A stretch of 64,000 bases of DNA from Candidatus Saccharimonadales bacterium (GCA_035480635.1 DATIHN010000016.1:76017-140016); one strand, 5' to 3'; positions 29,558-40,220 are shown, numbered from the stretch's first letter. Made by a program: numbers and translations. The notes: generated by a model not told the origin, from the letters alone.

Positions 29558-30526
29558 TTAATCCGTAAAATCTTGGGTAATCATCAAGCCGTAGCGCCCC
29601 CCATCAATTATGCCGATGCCAACGCTCGCGTAATCCGAATCCAAAATATTGGCGCGATGACCCGGTGAATTCATCAGACCCTGGTGAGCGAGAGGAAGGG
29701 TTGGGGCAAGAGCTAGGTTTTCGCCCGCTGCCAAAAAAGTTACGCCACCTTGGTGCATGCGCTCAAAAGGATCCAAGCCCTCGGGCGTAATGTGCGAAAA
29801 GTAGCCACGAGCAAACATATCGCGGCTGTGATCGCGAGCCACCTGCTGAGCCTTTACGTTGATTGTAAGTGGGGCTAATCCTTGGCTGGTTCGTTCTTGA
29901 TTGACCAGTTCCAGCATGCGATTCTCTAGGTCCGGGCGAACAGTGCCATTGGTGACTTTGAACCCAAGAGCAATCGATTCATTGTCGGTTTTAGGTTCAA
30001 CCGTGACAAAGTTGAAAGTCGAGAGATTTTGGTTGATAAAGTGGTTAACCTCGGACTGCAATTGATTGGTCGAAGCAAGCATAGTTGAGCTGATGCGGCT
30101 AGCGGCTAGAGCATTCTTCAGACCGGCTGGCAGCGGTAGACCAACCAAAACAATCAGGGTTAGAGCCACTAGCACCAAATATGATAGGGCGCTCAAAGTG
30201 GCGGCGGCGGCTTTAGAAATGCTCATTCCCAATGATGAGCGCTGGTGCCGGAGCGGCCAAAACTTCCAAAGGGCCAAGTAAAGACCTTCGACCAATGTCC
30301 AGGCTAGAACGAAAGCCAAAATCGGGGTGATGGTTGGTGGCAAGCCAATGTGATGGGCCAGCCAAGAACTCAAATGTTGATAGGCCACAAGCCCGGCCAA
30401 AGTTGCAAGCAACAGTCCGCCCACATCAAATAGCACCCGCACCAGCCCAGTTTCGGCGCCGCGCATAATGGCTCGAATCAGGCCGGCGACGATGGCTAGA
30501 TCGATTAACCAACCCGCTAGCGTCAT
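29558..30526 (-). CDS. CvpA-like membrane domain plus CAP (SCP) domain protein
   Basis: N-terminal TMs; LVNQER, HSRDM..YFSH, GENLA, LMNSPGHRANIL. Confidence 0.88.
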   Translation of the reverse strand: MTLAGWLIDLAIVAGLIRAIMRGAETGLVRVLFDVGGLLLATLAGLVAYQHLSSWLAHHIGLPPTITPILAFVLAWTLVEGLYLALWKFWPLRHQRSSLGMSISKAAAATLSALSYLVLVALTLIVLVGLPLPAGLKNALAASRISSTMLASTNQLQSEVNHFINQNLSTFNFVTVEPKTDNESIALGFKVTNGTVRPDLENRMLELVNQERTSQGLAPLTINVKAQQVARDHSRDMFARGYFSHITPEGLDPFERMHQGGVTFLAAGENLALAPTLPLAHQGLMNSPGHRANILDSDYASVGIGIIDGGRYGLMITQDFTD

Positions 30527-30527
30527 A

Positions 30528-31118
30528 CTACTTACTCCCGGTCACCATCAAAAAGACGGTTTTTTGCAATTCAGACAGCGTTAGACCGTAAGCATAGGGG
30601 TTGGCCCACCAGCGCGACCGCCGCCAGGATTGATCGGGCGCCGAGTGATTGATAATTTTGACGTCCGGTCCCAGCGCCCGTGAAAAGCTAATGGCTGCTC
30701 GACGTTGGTGATAGGGCGACGTCACCAAAATGATGCTATGGATGGCGTGGTTGTGAGCAATCGAAGCCACCGCCTCGGCATTCTGAGCTGTGTTGGATGA
30801 GGCCTCGTCGATAATGATGGCATCGGGTTCAATGCCGGCCTCAATGGCCAATCGCTCCATAGCTCGGGCGTTGGAAGGGCCGCTTGAATCTTGAGCCGCG
30901 CCAGAAAATATTAGCGTCGGGGCATATTGGTCGCGATAGAGCTTGATGGCTTCTCTAGCCCGAGCGTCGGTTTCGCCGCCGCTAATAGCCACGATGGCAT
31001 CGGCATGAGCCAGTTGACTCTGGGGCGCCAAAAAGTAGCCTATGCCGAAGACTAACCCGATAACCAGTCCGCCTAAGCCGACCGCCACAACTATCAACCA
31101 CACCACTGCCCTTTTCAT
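30528..31118 (-). CDS. YdcF/DUF218 family protein
   Basis: ADAIVAISGG, LIFSG, SSNTAQNA, ILVTSPYHQRRA. Confidence 0.9.
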   Translation of the reverse strand: MKRAVVWLIVVAVGLGGLVIGLVFGIGYFLAPQSQLAHADAIVAISGGETDARAREAIKLYRDQYAPTLIFSGAAQDSSGPSNARAMERLAIEAGIEPDAIIIDEASSNTAQNAEAVASIAHNHAIHSIILVTSPYHQRRAAISFSRALGPDVKIINHSAPDQSWRRSRWWANPYAYGLTLSELQKTVFLMVTGSK

Positions 31119-31138
31119 ACCACCTATTGTACCAATCT

Positions 31139-32290
31139 TTAGGCTTTGATCAGGCTCCTTAAGGTTTGTATAAACTGATCTAATTCGGTTTGAGTCGTCG
31201 ATCGCCCTAACGTCAAGCGCAATGACGAATTGGCTTGATCTAGAGTTAAGCCAATCGCTAACAGCACATGTGAGGGCTGATTGTTCGAAGCCCCGCAGGC
31301 GGCGCCGGTGGCCACGGCAAAACCAGCCGCATCGAGCTTGTAAACCAAATCCTCACCGTTTTGCTTATCAATACGAAAATTAATAATGCTAGGCAGGCTG
31401 TGTTGGGGATTGTTGATTGTGAGCCCCGGTATTTTCGTCAGTTCTGATTTTAAGAATCGGTTCAGCTCACCGTAGCGCCGCTCGTCTGCCTGCCGGCGCT
31501 GTTCGGCCAATTCCAAGGCCGTGGCAAAACCCGTCGACTGCACCAGCGATTCACTACCGCTGCGCAGTCCCTTCTCCTGCCCACCGCCGTAGATCAGTGG
31601 CTCTAATTTGGTGCCAGTGCGAACGTAAAGCGCGCCTGCACCCTTTGGTCCATAAATCTTGGCGCCGTTTAGAGCCATCAAGTCCACGCCCAGCCGGCTG
31701 ACTTGCAGGCTGAGGTGACCGGTGGCTTGGGCGCCGTCGCTAAATAAATAAATCGGCAGATCAATGCCGCGTTTTTTGCGGTCGGCGCCAGTGCTAGCGA
31801 TTAGTTGAGCAATTTCGGCCATTGGTTGAATGGTGCCTAGCTCGCTATTCGCCAAACCGATACAGAGCAAGACAACATTATCAGCTATTAGCTTTTCCAG
31901 CTGGTCGCGGTTGATCCGGCCGTTCTTTTTAACTGGAATCAACCCACCCCTATCACCCAGTTTTTCAATAATGGCCAAAACGGCCTGATGCTCAGTCGCC
32001 AGCGCCAGCACTCTACCCTGTGGATAACTTTTGCTGACGCCCTGAATGGCAAAGTTGACTGCCTCGGTCCCACCGGCGGTAAAGATAATTTCGCTCGGTT
32101 TGGCGCCCAAAACCATGGCCACCTGCTTGCGGGCAGCCTCCAATGCTAACTTAGCCGCCCGCCCTTCGGCATATAGGCTTGAGGGATTAGCAAACTCACC
32201 AGCCAAATACGGCTCCATAGACGCTTTGACGGCTGGGTCGAGCGGCGTGGCTGCCGCATAATCTAAATAAACCCTCTTTTCAGCTTTCAT
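31139..32290 (-). CDS. iscS: Cysteine desulfurase (IscS/NifS family)
   Basis: YLDYAAATP, ANPSS, GAKIYGPKG, LRSGS, TGAACG. Confidence 0.92.
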   Translation of the reverse strand: MKAEKRVYLDYAAATPLDPAVKASMEPYLAGEFANPSSLYAEGRAAKLALEAARKQVAMVLGAKPSEIIFTAGGTEAVNFAIQGVSKSYPQGRVLALATEHQAVLAIIEKLGDRGGLIPVKKNGRINRDQLEKLIADNVVLLCIGLANSELGTIQPMAEIAQLIASTGADRKKRGIDLPIYLFSDGAQATGHLSLQVSRLGVDLMALNGAKIYGPKGAGALYVRTGTKLEPLIYGGGQEKGLRSGSESLVQSTGFATALELAEQRRQADERRYGELNRFLKSELTKIPGLTINNPQHSLPSIINFRIDKQNGEDLVYKLDAAGFAVATGAACGASNNQPSHVLLAIGLTLDQANSSLRLTLGRSTTQTELDQFIQTLRSLIKA

Positions 32291-32324
32291 AGGCGCAAAT
32301 TATACAATGAAAGTCTAAGATGGT

Positions 32325-32786
32325 CTACTTGCGTAGTGTAGCAATGAGTCTCTGTTGATCAATAAATAAATCAAGGGCGTCATTTATTGTCGGTACAACA
32401 ATATCTGAGCTCAATAGTGTTTGAACATGTACTCCCTCGGCTTGTAGGGTCACGATTCGAAGTTTTACGATCTTCATTAGCTCCAGGTCGATTAAGCCAT
32501 TGCCAATTGCGGCACATGCTTTTGGATCCAACTTAGCAGCCTGGTGACTTTTTTCAATTCCGTCCTTGGCTAAGCTCCAATCAATACCCAAGTCCCTAGC
32601 AACATCATCTGCATCACCACGTGTATTACCAGTAAAAAAGATCAGTTTAAATCCTTGGTCTTTCAGTTTGGCAAGCCGCTCCATTACGCCCTCGGGAATT
32701 TTCCCCCCGACAGTCAAAGTGCCGTTTAGGTCTAGGATGATTGTATTTATTTCAAATGAATTTTCACCTGGGATTTCATATATCAT
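32325..32786 (-). CDS. HAD-superfamily hydrolase (soluble P-type ATPase-like)
   Basis: ILDLNGTL, AIGNGLID. Confidence 0.8.
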   Translation of the reverse strand: MIYEIPGENSFEINTIILDLNGTLTVGGKIPEGVMERLAKLKDQGFKLIFFTGNTRGDADDVARDLGIDWSLAKDGIEKSHQAAKLDPKACAAIGNGLIDLELMKIVKLRIVTLQAEGVHVQTLLSSDIVVPTINDALDLFIDQQRLIATLRK

Positions 32787-32793
32787 GCAACCA

Positions 32794-33552
32794 TCATAGC
32801 AAACCGAATAATGCTTCAGCATTCTTGGTGGTAGCGACTGATAGCTCTTCGGCCGACTCCCCGCGCAAGTTGGCTAGGAACTCGGCGATGATTTTGGTGT
32901 GGGCTGGCTCGTTGCACTGACCGCGGTGGGGTGCCGGGGTTAGATAAGGACAGTCGGTTTCTAACAACATTCGATCAAGCGGGCAGGCTTTGGCTGCGGC
33001 CAACTGATATTGGTATTTAGTAAAGGTCATAATACCGTTATAACCTACGTAAAAACCCTGGTCCAAAACTTTATTCAACGTCGCCTCGTCTCCTGTAAAA
33101 CAGTGCACCACACCGCGAACACCTTTATAGTTCTCCAGCACCCGGAAAAAGTCGTCAAAGGCCTCGCGGACATGAAAAACTAGGGGTTTATCCACAGCCT
33201 GAGCAATGTCGATCTGGGCCTGAAAAGCCTTTATTTGATCCCTTTTAGGTGAGTGTTCATAGTAATAATCCAACCCACATTCGCCAATGGCTACGACTTT
33301 GGGGTTGGTGGCCAGGTCTTTAATAGCTTCAAGGGTTTTTTGGCTGAGTTTGGCATCATGCGGATGCAAGCCGACCGTGGCCCAAACGCTGTCATGACTA
33401 TTTGCTAGGTCGATAGCTAGTTTACTGTCATTATCGTCTACACCAATAGCGATGATTTTAGTCACGCCGGCCTCGACTGCCCTGGCCATGACCTCGTCGC
33501 GATCACTATCATAGACGTCCTGGTGAATATGGGCGTGGGTGTCGATGAGCAT
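32794..33552 (-). CDS. tatD: TatD family nuclease
   Basis: LIDTHAH, GLHPH, AIGECGLDY, VVHCFTG, LETDCPYL. Confidence 0.95.
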   Translation of the reverse strand: MLIDTHAHIHQDVYDSDRDEVMARAVEAGVTKIIAIGVDDNDSKLAIDLANSHDSVWATVGLHPHDAKLSQKTLEAIKDLATNPKVVAIGECGLDYYYEHSPKRDQIKAFQAQIDIAQAVDKPLVFHVREAFDDFFRVLENYKGVRGVVHCFTGDEATLNKVLDQGFYVGYNGIMTFTKYQYQLAAAKACPLDRMLLETDCPYLTPAPHRGQCNEPAHTKIIAEFLANLRGESAEELSVATTKNAEALFGLL

Positions 33553-33553
33553 G

Positions 33554-33934
33554 TTAGTTAAGGTTAAAATTCCACCACTTATATTTAACACCAGTTCTCT
33601 TAAGAGCTTTCTTCCATTTTCTGTATTCAAAGCCAAATCCACCTGCGTTTTTGCCTCCACCGCCTAAGTATTTTGGGTCAGTCAAAGAGACTACGAAGTT
33701 ATCGCTGGGAGTACGAAAGGTAAACCCCGAGGTAACAGAATTGGGACTAATAGTGATTTCTCTAGCTTTCAACTCAAACAGGAGCTTGCCATCATCAGAC
33801 AGCTGAATGATGCTGTTAGGCTGTATAGTCAATTGACCGGCTCTAAAGTGCCCTGCATACTGTGTGCCTGTTTCTGAACTTGGGGTTGACCCCCGAACCC
33901 ACCACACTGACGCTGATAATACGTTTTCAGGCAT
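33554..33934 (-). CDS. Hypothetical protein
   Basis: Fills the metG-tatD gap; start MPENV overlaps the metG stop. Confidence 0.55.
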   Translation of the reverse strand: MPENVLSASVWWVRGSTPSSETGTQYAGHFRAGQLTIQPNSIIQLSDDGKLLFELKAREITISPNSVTSGFTFRTPSDNFVVSLTDPKYLGGGGKNAGGFGFEYRKWKKALKRTGVKYKWWNFNLN

Positions 33935-35363
33935 TTGATTCCACTTTGGGGAAGAGAATCCCAACCGAGGTATCAACAGTTGAGCCACCAAGAGTTTTTT
34001 GGATTTTTTCGGCCGTGGTTGGCAAAAACGGTGCTAGCAAGCCAGTGATTTGAAGCAGATCAGAGATGATATGCTTTAAGACTTTTTCCAGCTGGTCTTT
34101 ATCGGTTTTTGCCAGCACCCAAGGTTTTTCCTCGTCAACCATCTGGTTGAGCCCGCGGATTTTGACCCAAATGTCTTTCAATGCCGCCTCAAAATGATAG
34201 TTTTCAATCGAATCTTCAATATCTTTGACGTCATGGGTGTGGGGTGGGTTGGCGCCAATCTGGCCGTCTAAATATTGCACTGCCATTTTGGCCACCCGTT
34301 GAACTAGGTTTCCGAGCTCGTTAGCCAAATTACTCTGGTAAACTTTGGACAGGCGGTCTTGGCTAAAGTTGCCGTCGGCACCAAAGGGGAATTCTGAGAG
34401 CAAATAGTAGCGTAAAGCATCGACCCCGTAAGTTTCGGAAATATCCAGTGGGTTAATGCCATTACCAAGTGATTTGGAAATTTTTTCGCCATCGACGGTA
34501 AAGAAGCCATGTGCCACCACCCGTTTGGGCAATTCCAACCCAGCACTTAAAAGCATGGCTGGCCAAATGATGCAATGAAACTTGATAATGTCTTTGCCGA
34601 TAACATGCAGATCCGCCGGCCACCAATCTTTGTAATCCGCTTTGGGATAGCCGACGCCAGTTAGATAGTTAATTAGAGCATCAACCCAAACGTAAACGAC
34701 TTGCGAGGGATCAAACGGCAGCTTGATACCAAGGGTTTGATTGGCCCGGCTGATGCTGATGTCTTCCAGACCGCGATCGATAAAGGCCAGCACCTCGTTG
34801 CGCCGGCTTTCAGGTTGGATGAAATCCGGGTGCTGATCGATGTGTTTTTTGAGCGCGTCTTGATATTTCGACAATTTGAAGAAGTAGTTTTCCTCCTTGA
34901 TGAATTCCGGCGGGGTTTTGTGAACCGGGCAGAGCCCCTCGATCAATTCGTCTTCTTTGTAAAACATTTCACATTTGTAGCAGTACAACCCCTCATAGAT
35001 GCCTTTGGTTATATCGCCGGCGGTGTGAATCTTGGTTACCACATCGCGCACGGCTGCCTCGTGGTCCGGCTCCGAAGTCCGGATGAAGCGATTGTAGCTA
35101 ATCCCTAGAGCATCCCAGGTGCTCTGCCACTGTTTGGCCATGGTGTTGGTGTAGGCTTCGATCTCTTGGCCAACCTCTTTGGCCGATTCGACGGTTTTTT
35201 TGGAGTTTTCGTCGGTGCCAGTTAAGAACCAAACCTTGTCTTTACCTAATTTAGCGCGCCAGTAGCGGGCCAAGACATCGGCTGCAATGGTATCGTAGGC
35301 ATGACCGATGTGCGGCTTGTCGTTGATATAAAAAATGGTGGTTGTAATGTAGTACTTAGTCAT
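33927..35363 (-). CDS. metG: Methionine--tRNA ligase
   Basis: PHIGHAY, YVWVDALINY, IGKDIIKFH, KISKSLGN. Confidence 0.97.
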   Translation of the reverse strand: MTKYYITTTIFYINDKPHIGHAYDTIAADVLARYWRAKLGKDKVWFLTGTDENSKKTVESAKEVGQEIEAYTNTMAKQWQSTWDALGISYNRFIRTSEPDHEAAVRDVVTKIHTAGDITKGIYEGLYCYKCEMFYKEDELIEGLCPVHKTPPEFIKEENYFFKLSKYQDALKKHIDQHPDFIQPESRRNEVLAFIDRGLEDISISRANQTLGIKLPFDPSQVVYVWVDALINYLTGVGYPKADYKDWWPADLHVIGKDIIKFHCIIWPAMLLSAGLELPKRVVAHGFFTVDGEKISKSLGNGINPLDISETYGVDALRYYLLSEFPFGADGNFSQDRLSKVYQSNLANELGNLVQRVAKMAVQYLDGQIGANPPHTHDVKDIEDSIENYHFEAALKDIWVKIRGLNQMVDEEKPWVLAKTDKDQLEKVLKHIISDLLQITGLLAPFLPTTAEKIQKTLGGSTVDTSVGILFPKVESNA

Positions 35364-37236
35364 GATCTTGTCGCTTAATTCCGGGGAGTCGGTGCGGCCG
35401 TAATCTTACCATAATAAGATAAGCCAAACCAAGTACGGCGCCAAGGGTGATGAGGCCGAGCGGCCAGTGGACAACCGAAACCGTTGCCTGGGCCATGACC
35501 AAACTGACAGCACCAGAGCTGCCCGTTAGTTGGGCAGTTTGGCTTTGATCGTGACCTAGGTCAAAACGAAAACGTCGAATGGTTTGACCGGGTGCCAAGT
35601 TACCGAAACCGACTTTATGATTTCCAACACTAACGCTATTGGCCGAGATGACCTGCTGGCTGGCATTACTCACACTGATCCGTTCCAGATTAATAAATGG
35701 CAAAATGCTATAGCGACTGAGGTGAAGCGAAACGGTTGCCAGCGTTTGTGGAGCCGCTTCGGCGTAGGTCAGGGTGGTTTGTTCGTATTGATAGCCAGTA
35801 TCCTGGCCGCCGGCCATCACCGGTACTGGCAGTTGATCGTTCCCACCCCAAACGGCAAAGGCAAAATGATCCAGATCGCTTTGACCAAATAGATCAAACT
35901 TTTCGCCCCACGTTGGATCCAGCGTCATCCAGCCAATGCCCGGCACGTAAGCCTCGACCCACGAATGCAAAGAATCGACTACGCTATCGGAAGCCTTTAA
36001 ATTGCCGCTGTAACCATAGCCAACTGGCATCCGAGCCGGAATGCCTTGGGCTCTAAGCAGCGCCACCAACAGATCCGAATATTCCAGACAAACCGCATTA
36101 GTCGGATTGGCTAAAGCTTTGGCTGCACCTTGGCGAATGTTGAATTTAATCTTGTCGGGGTTATAAGTTAAGTGATCAACCACATATTGGTAAGAGGCCC
36201 GAACGTTGTCGATGACCGGCGCATTAGGTTGGTTTATTTGTTTTGCTGCGGCCGCCACACTGCCATCGGTTTGCCAATACTTGGTACCCGCAGTATAAGT
36301 TTTGACCAAATCCGATGGGATATCGCTCTGCTTCCCGGAAGCCGCTAAGTTGTAATCTAGGTATTTGACCTCTCCCGTCACAAGCGTTTTGACAACCAAA
36401 TGGGTGCGGGCCGGCACGCGGTAGTCAGCCAAAATGTTGCCATCGGTATCCAATCGGGTACCAGCGGGCTTAGGATCAAGCGATTCAATTGTGATGTGTT
36501 GATTATTGAGGTTGGGTGGCAAGGTAATGGTCATGGTTTTGGCCAGTCTAGAATCATTATGAAGGGGGAAGTTAAAGTTGGCCTGATAGATCGTGGCATT
36601 GCCAAAACTAAGCGCTAGCGACTGGTTGGAAAGCGTTGATTGGTTAAAGTCGAAGTAGAGTCGGCCCGGCGAGGCTCCTGAGGCCGCCGGTTGAGCACCG
36701 CGAAAGTGGGGGGCGCCGAAGTCCTGTGGCACGTCGACTCTGGCAGTGTAGGCGCCAATACTAGCATCTTGGGCAATGGCCGGGACAAAGACGGTATGAG
36801 CACCACCATGGCTTTCGATTAAACCTGTGGCAGAATAACTCACCACAAAAGTCCAAGTTTTGCCGGAGCCAAAGTTCTGGCGAGGGAAGGCCAGCGTCAG
36901 TTGCTGGTAATTGTAAGGCACTCCGCTCTGGTTACTTTGGCTAGCTGCACTGGTTAAAGGGATATTGCCGCCATCGCTATAGTGAGCCTCGAGGCCGGAG
37001 ATAGTATCGACCGGTGTGGTTAGTTTGACTTGAGTTAAAAATTCCCGAGCCGTTTGGTTGGTAACGGTGTAAGTTTCCGTTACGGCCGTGGTAGTTGCAT
37101 TCTCCACCCGGTAAGTAATATGAGCGTTGAAGTTAAAGCTAGCCGCACTCGAAGTCCCGTGAGGCAAGATCGACGTAACCAACAAGGCCAAAGCTATTAG
37201 AACCGTAAATCGCCGAATCTGGGCTAGGACTTTCAC
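35356..37236 (-). CDS. Secreted/membrane transglutaminase-like domain protein
   Basis: Signal peptide; Cys-His-Asp triad (AVCLEYS, LHSWVE, LDPTWG); C-terminal TM. Confidence 0.88.
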   Translation of the reverse strand: MKVLAQIRRFTVLIALALLVTSILPHGTSSAASFNFNAHITYRVENATTTAVTETYTVTNQTAREFLTQVKLTTPVDTISGLEAHYSDGGNIPLTSAASQSNQSGVPYNYQQLTLAFPRQNFGSGKTWTFVVSYSATGLIESHGGAHTVFVPAIAQDASIGAYTARVDVPQDFGAPHFRGAQPAASGASPGRLYFDFNQSTLSNQSLALSFGNATIYQANFNFPLHNDSRLAKTMTITLPPNLNNQHITIESLDPKPAGTRLDTDGNILADYRVPARTHLVVKTLVTGEVKYLDYNLAASGKQSDIPSDLVKTYTAGTKYWQTDGSVAAAAKQINQPNAPVIDNVRASYQYVVDHLTYNPDKIKFNIRQGAAKALANPTNAVCLEYSDLLVALLRAQGIPARMPVGYGYSGNLKASDSVVDSLHSWVEAYVPGIGWMTLDPTWGEKFDLFGQSDLDHFAFAVWGGNDQLPVPVMAGGQDTGYQYEQTTLTYAEAAPQTLATVSLHLSRYSILPFINLERISVSNASQQVISANSVSVGNHKVGFGNLAPGQTIRRFRFDLGHDQSQTAQLTGSSGAVSLVMAQATVSVVHWPLGLITLGAVLGLAYLIMVRLRPHRLPGIKRQDHD

Positions 37237-37322
37237 CTTATTATTCTATCAAACTGCTTGCGCTTTGCTTGACATTACGAAATCTGGAGTCATAATAAAG
37301 CATAAGAATTAAAAGAAACATT

Positions 37323-37910
37323 ATGCCAAAAACTAAAACCAAACCAAACGGATTCAATCTCGCGCGAAAGTTAAACTTTAGTAAGAGCCAGCTGGCCGCT
37401 ATCATTGCAGCCGGTGTGGCTATCGGCGGCTTTGTGGCTTATCAAACTTTTGCCGCCACAGTACCACCGTCAAATCTAAGGCAAACCATATCTGGTGGCG
37501 CTGGCGGAGGCGGTGTGACAACTATTAGCACATGGGTTATTAACACAGTTTCGGCCACTCCTTATGGGGCAGCCACACCAGCTCTTAACATGAAAAATTC
37601 TGATCCTCACTACTGGCAAACAGGCAATTGGAATTTTTCTACGGGGTTCAATAAAACATCCGACTACTTGAAGTCGCTAACAAGCGATGGGTGGCCCAAG
37701 TCAAACACGTTTCTTTGTGGTAATTCAAATAGCTACTTCTATGGCATGGGGCCACTGCAAACCCCCTACGGACCATTGTACTTTGGCCAAGTCTACCGGC
37801 TCTACAACAACAAGTGGCAAGTCAAATGGGCCAATTACAGCACTGTTACCAAAGGTTGTTCGACATCAACGAATTGGATGGACGTAACTCCTGGACCCGG
37901 GAACCTGTAA
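37323..37910 (+). CDS. Secreted hypothetical protein (shared leader, copy 1)
   Basis: Basic N-terminus and hydrophobic segment ending TFAA. Confidence 0.75.
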   Translation: MPKTKTKPNGFNLARKLNFSKSQLAAIIAAGVAIGGFVAYQTFAATVPPSNLRQTISGGAGGGGVTTISTWVINTVSATPYGAATPALNMKNSDPHYWQTGNWNFSTGFNKTSDYLKSLTSDGWPKSNTFLCGNSNSYFYGMGPLQTPYGPLYFGQVYRLYNNKWQVKWANYSTVTKGCSTSTNWMDVTPGPGNL

Positions 37911-37945
37911 TTCGATAATCCAGAAATAAGGAGGTTATTTACCTT

Positions 37946-38473
37946 ATGCCAAAAACTAAAACCAAATCGAACGGGTTAAATCTTACCAAGCGCTTAAACT
38001 TCAATAAGGGGCAGCTGATCGCTATCATTGTGGCTGGTGTGGTCATTGGCGGCTACGTGGCCTACAAAACCTTTGCGGCCGGTCCGGCCACAGTTACGGG
38101 CTGTAAAACTCGAGTTAATGACCCAACTTATGGGCCACTAATATATGTCCACTTTACGGTTCGAAAATATGACCCAGATATGAATATCGCAGTCGCTTAT
38201 AAAGCCGATAAGATTAAGACCTACAGTAACGGCTACGTTATTGATCGCTCGGGCAACTGGTCGATTATTCAGCAGAGCGGTTTTAACAGTAATAATCGAG
38301 CCTATATGAACGGTGTTGATGGCAGTGTTGTCGACGACCCCTACTGGGAAGTCGATCTATTTAAGCCTGGGTGGCATTGGGGGTCTTACGCTCACCATGT
38401 AAGTTGGTTACCGTTTTGCGGTACCAGTGGCTCGCCGAGGAACATCTACATCGACTGGGGTCATTCGACCTAG
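37946..38473 (+). CDS. Secreted hypothetical protein (shared leader, copy 2)
   Basis: SD AAGGAGG; first ~45 aa closely similar to the upstream gene, remainder unrelated. Confidence 0.75.
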   Translation: MPKTKTKSNGLNLTKRLNFNKGQLIAIIVAGVVIGGYVAYKTFAAGPATVTGCKTRVNDPTYGPLIYVHFTVRKYDPDMNIAVAYKADKIKTYSNGYVIDRSGNWSIIQQSGFNSNNRAYMNGVDGSVVDDPYWEVDLFKPGWHWGSYAHHVSWLPFCGTSGSPRNIYIDWGHST

Positions 38474-39384
38474 TCTTTTTTGCGAACTAGGCTAGGTAGG
38501 GGCGTGCGTTTTTCGCCCCCTTCCTTTTCGCCTTTATGAACATGGCCGCCCCATTTAGGCAGCAAGCTAGCGGCAAAGAGCAGGGCGCCAACAGCCGCCA
38601 ATCCGATCATGGTAAATAGTAAGCGCTGAGCTACACCGGCGGCCGATAGAGCCACCAGATTATTGACCGAAGTTGTCAGCGGGTTGCCGCTGCCAGCCTT
38701 GGCCAGCTGATGCGAGGCTAGGTTGGGTATCATTCTAAGCAGAAAGTAATAAGCGCCCAGCCAAGCTAGGGAGTAGATACAGCCGCGGCCCAGTGAGCGC
38801 CAGCGGTTGTGAGTAGCTGTTAAAACGACTAGAGCTGCCAGCACCAGGCTAGCCAGCGCCAGCAGCCATTTGCTCTGGGCGACGCGGCTAAGCCAGGGAC
38901 TGACGGTGGGATTGCGACTGGAGGCAGTTGAAGCTGGCGTTTGGTTGGAGCTAGAACCGTTGGTCGAATCTTGTTGAGCACCAGGTTGGATCATTAGCTT
39001 CTGACTCAGGCTAGCGGCTTGTTCGGCTGAAAGGTGAACTCCCAAAGATTCGACTTGCAGCACGATGCCGGATAGATCCAAGGTTGGCACCGTTCCACCC
39101 TGGCGATAGGTCTGCTCCAGTGCATGCAAATACTGATCAATATTGGTGCGCAGATATTGGGCCGTTACAACCTTAGTTAAGGCGGCTTGCAAAGTGGGGT
39201 CGCTCTGATTATCGGCGATGGCTTTGGGTAGTTGCTGGGCCAGAGTGTCATAAACCCCCGATTTATCGGCTTGAGCGGCCACAAAATCAGCCTTCAAAAT
39301 GGTTGAATCAAGGCAAAAGGCCATGATGGCACCAGACAAGCTGACAGCAAACAAGGCGATGAAAAATTTATTCAAGAAATTCAT
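38470..39384 (-). CDS. Hypothetical multi-TM membrane protein
   Basis: Start MNFLNK overlaps the rsmA stop; about four TM segments. Confidence 0.7.
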   Translation of the reverse strand: MNFLNKFFIALFAVSLSGAIMAFCLDSTILKADFVAAQADKSGVYDTLAQQLPKAIADNQSDPTLQAALTKVVTAQYLRTNIDQYLHALEQTYRQGGTVPTLDLSGIVLQVESLGVHLSAEQAASLSQKLMIQPGAQQDSTNGSSSNQTPASTASSRNPTVSPWLSRVAQSKWLLALASLVLAALVVLTATHNRWRSLGRGCIYSLAWLGAYYFLLRMIPNLASHQLAKAGSGNPLTTSVNNLVALSAAGVAQRLLFTMIGLAAVGALLFAASLLPKWGGHVHKGEKEGGEKRTPLPSLVRKKD

Positions 39385-40220
39385 ACGAGGTTGTGGGCGG
39401 TGGCGGCTTGGTAGAGCCGGTGCCAATCGGCCAGAGCTAATTCTTGGGCCCGCTGAGTTGGGCTAACTTTGGCCTGACGTAAAACAGCCAGGATGACGCT
39501 AGAATCGGCGTTTAGTCCTCCGGCCAGGGCGTTTTTGAGTTGTTTGCGGCGCTCACCAAAACCGGCTTTTATCAAACGAAAGAGGCGAGTTGGTTCAGCC
39601 GGGAAAGCCTGTTGCGGGCGGCGATTTAAGCTCAGTACGGCCGAATCAACTTTGGGAGCCGGCCAAAACTTGTGCCTCTCAATCACCCCCACCATTTTAG
39701 CATAAGCGTAATATTGAACACTCAAAGCTAGGATCGACATTTGCCCGGGACTGGCCACGATCCGTTCGGCCACTTCTTTTTGGACCAAGATCGACATAGC
39801 AGCCGGTGGATTTGGGCTTTCTAATAACAACCGTAGTAATTTGGAGGTTAAATAGTAGGGGATGTTCGCCACCACTTTATAATCAGTTGGAAGCGTCTGG
39901 AGATTAAAAACCATGATGTCTCCTGAGACAATTGTTAGATTAGCGGGCGGTTGTTGACCCAGAATTTGGACCAAATCGGGATCGGCCTCAACGCAAGTCA
40001 CGGCCTTGGCCAGGGCACATATTTTAGAGGTTAAAAAGCCAATCCCCGGCCCGATTTCTAGGATCGTATCGCTGGTTTTGATGGTGGCAGCTGCCACAAC
40101 CATATCCAGGCTCGGTTCATCAATTAAAAAATTTTGACCCAAACTTTTTTTGGGGTGAATATTGGCCAAGCGAACAGCTAGTTCGGTGTTGTGATTTGAC
40201 GATAGGGGAGGCGGCTTCAT
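39381..40220 (-). CDS. rsmA: 16S rRNA dimethyltransferase RsmA/KsgA
   Basis: KKSLGQNFL, LEIGPGIG, VANIPYY, QKEVAERI, PKVDSA. Confidence 0.97.
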   Translation of the reverse strand: MKPPPLSSNHNTELAVRLANIHPKKSLGQNFLIDEPSLDMVVAAATIKTSDTILEIGPGIGFLTSKICALAKAVTCVEADPDLVQILGQQPPANLTIVSGDIMVFNLQTLPTDYKVVANIPYYLTSKLLRLLLESPNPPAAMSILVQKEVAERIVASPGQMSILALSVQYYAYAKMVGVIERHKFWPAPKVDSAVLSLNRRPQQAFPAEPTRLFRLIKAGFGERRKQLKNALAGGLNADSSVILAVLRQAKVSPTQRAQELALADWHRLYQAATAHNLV

